From Candidatus Micrarchaeota archaeon (lineage in GTDB: Archaea; Micrarchaeota; Micrarchaeia; Norongarragalinales; UBA8480): 46,426 bases of DNA. The DNA is taken from NCBI GenBank assembly GCA_043805855.1, contig JAZDHP010000010.1, forward strand, positions 1 to 46,426, given 5' to 3'. Made by a program: the position numbers and the translations under genes. The notes under the pieces are model-generated. The model had not been told where the DNA came from. It made no database searches and worked only from the letters and a program-made list of their open reading frames with translations. Below are positions 45,943 through 46,426 of this stretch, piece after piece; positions within the stretch are counted from its first letter, which is position 1; each line of letters starts with the position of its first letter.

Positions 45943-46413
45943 TTATTTTCTTCGCCGCTTTGCTTCCTTTATCCGGTGTTTTCCATATTCCGCTAGTGCT
46001 TTTGCGAAAAGGGTTATTTGTTCTCTCTTAGCTAATTTTGGAATTGTGCGTACAATGTGTCGCAAGGCGCGTCTTGCTTCGGTTACGCCGGTTAGTGGCA
46101 TTCCGCGTTTTTTGTAATCTATTAACTTTAAAAATCCAGGAAAGGCGCCGCTGTGTGACAAAGTGTAGTCAACAAAATACGCTTCACCTTTGTCTGTTGC
46201 TACAAAGTTATCCGCCCGCGGATGGCTATGCAGAAAGCCAGCGGCGTGTAGCTTTGCCAATTGTCTACTAGCTGAAAGGCAAGCTCTTTCTTTTAATTTT
46301 TGAGGCACTGTAGTTTGCTTTAGAAATTCTTCTAAATTAACTGTGTTTTTCTTCCAAATTGTAACAATAGTTTCTTCGCTTGAACCACGACGCGTTATGT
46401 GTGCAAGTGGCAT
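45943..46413 (-). CDS. Kdo/LPS-kinase-like protein with atypical catalytic loop; may extend beyond the window
   Basis: LAKLHAAGFLHSHPRADNFV...AYFVDY; frame is open to the window edge. Confidence 0.6.
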   Translation of the reverse strand: MPLAHITRRGSSEETIVTIWKKNTVNLEEFLKQTTVPQKLKERACLSASRQLAKLHAAGFLHSHPRADNFVATDKGEAYFVDYTLSHSGAFPGFLKLIDYKKRGMPLTGVTEARRALRHIVRTIPKLAKREQITLFAKALAEYGKHRIKEAKRRRK

Positions 46414-46426
46414 TTCTATAACTGCA

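Noticed and set aside
1..46426. CRISPR array, cas genes, rRNA, integrase or transposase
   Set aside because: No regularly spaced repeat-spacer series or recognisable motifs were seen; the repeats found are promoter modules and hairpins.

Overview
This is a 46 kb archaeal chromosomal segment, most likely from a DPANN Micrarchaeota-like lineage. The evidence is a three-unit epsilon2-type splicing endonuclease with an ARMAN-type GTYK loop, rpl35ae, class I LysRS and archaeal TFB/eIF2g/eIF5B. Housekeeping genes (trm1, tfb, gar1, rps8e, cgi121, rnhB, ndk, dut, infB, rps6e, galT, endA, dys, lysS, eif2g, ADP-dependent kinase, cysS, rpoL) are interleaved with about 16 lineage-specific, often basic ORFs. 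Several of these sit in tandem arrays with repeated promoters and several resemble degenerate kinases, M14 peptidases, a TraB/Tiki-like hydrolase or a PRTase. There are also four predicted surface proteins, two TrmB regulators with candidate operators, two toxin-antitoxin pairs and a SET-domain protein. The most unusual signals are non-coding. tRNA-Trp has two introns (a C/D-guide intron at 37/38 and a 133-nt three-hairpin intron at 59/60) and tRNA-Val has a 66-nt intron at 53/54. Both T-arm introns have strict BHB junctions and contain the same CTTTTCTTTT/AAAAGAAAAG hairpin, and a similar hairpin lies between endA and a synonymously recoded duplicate of its last 11 codons. A covarying twin-hairpin repeat occurs twice intergenically, and a 54-nt twin-hairpin insert sits in-frame in a plant Whirly-like gene coupled to a RecJ-like nuclease. 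Together these suggest small hairpin elements colonising neutral sites, including splice-protected tRNA introns. No CRISPR array, rRNA or transposase was seen. All family calls come from motif recognition by eye, with no database searches run.
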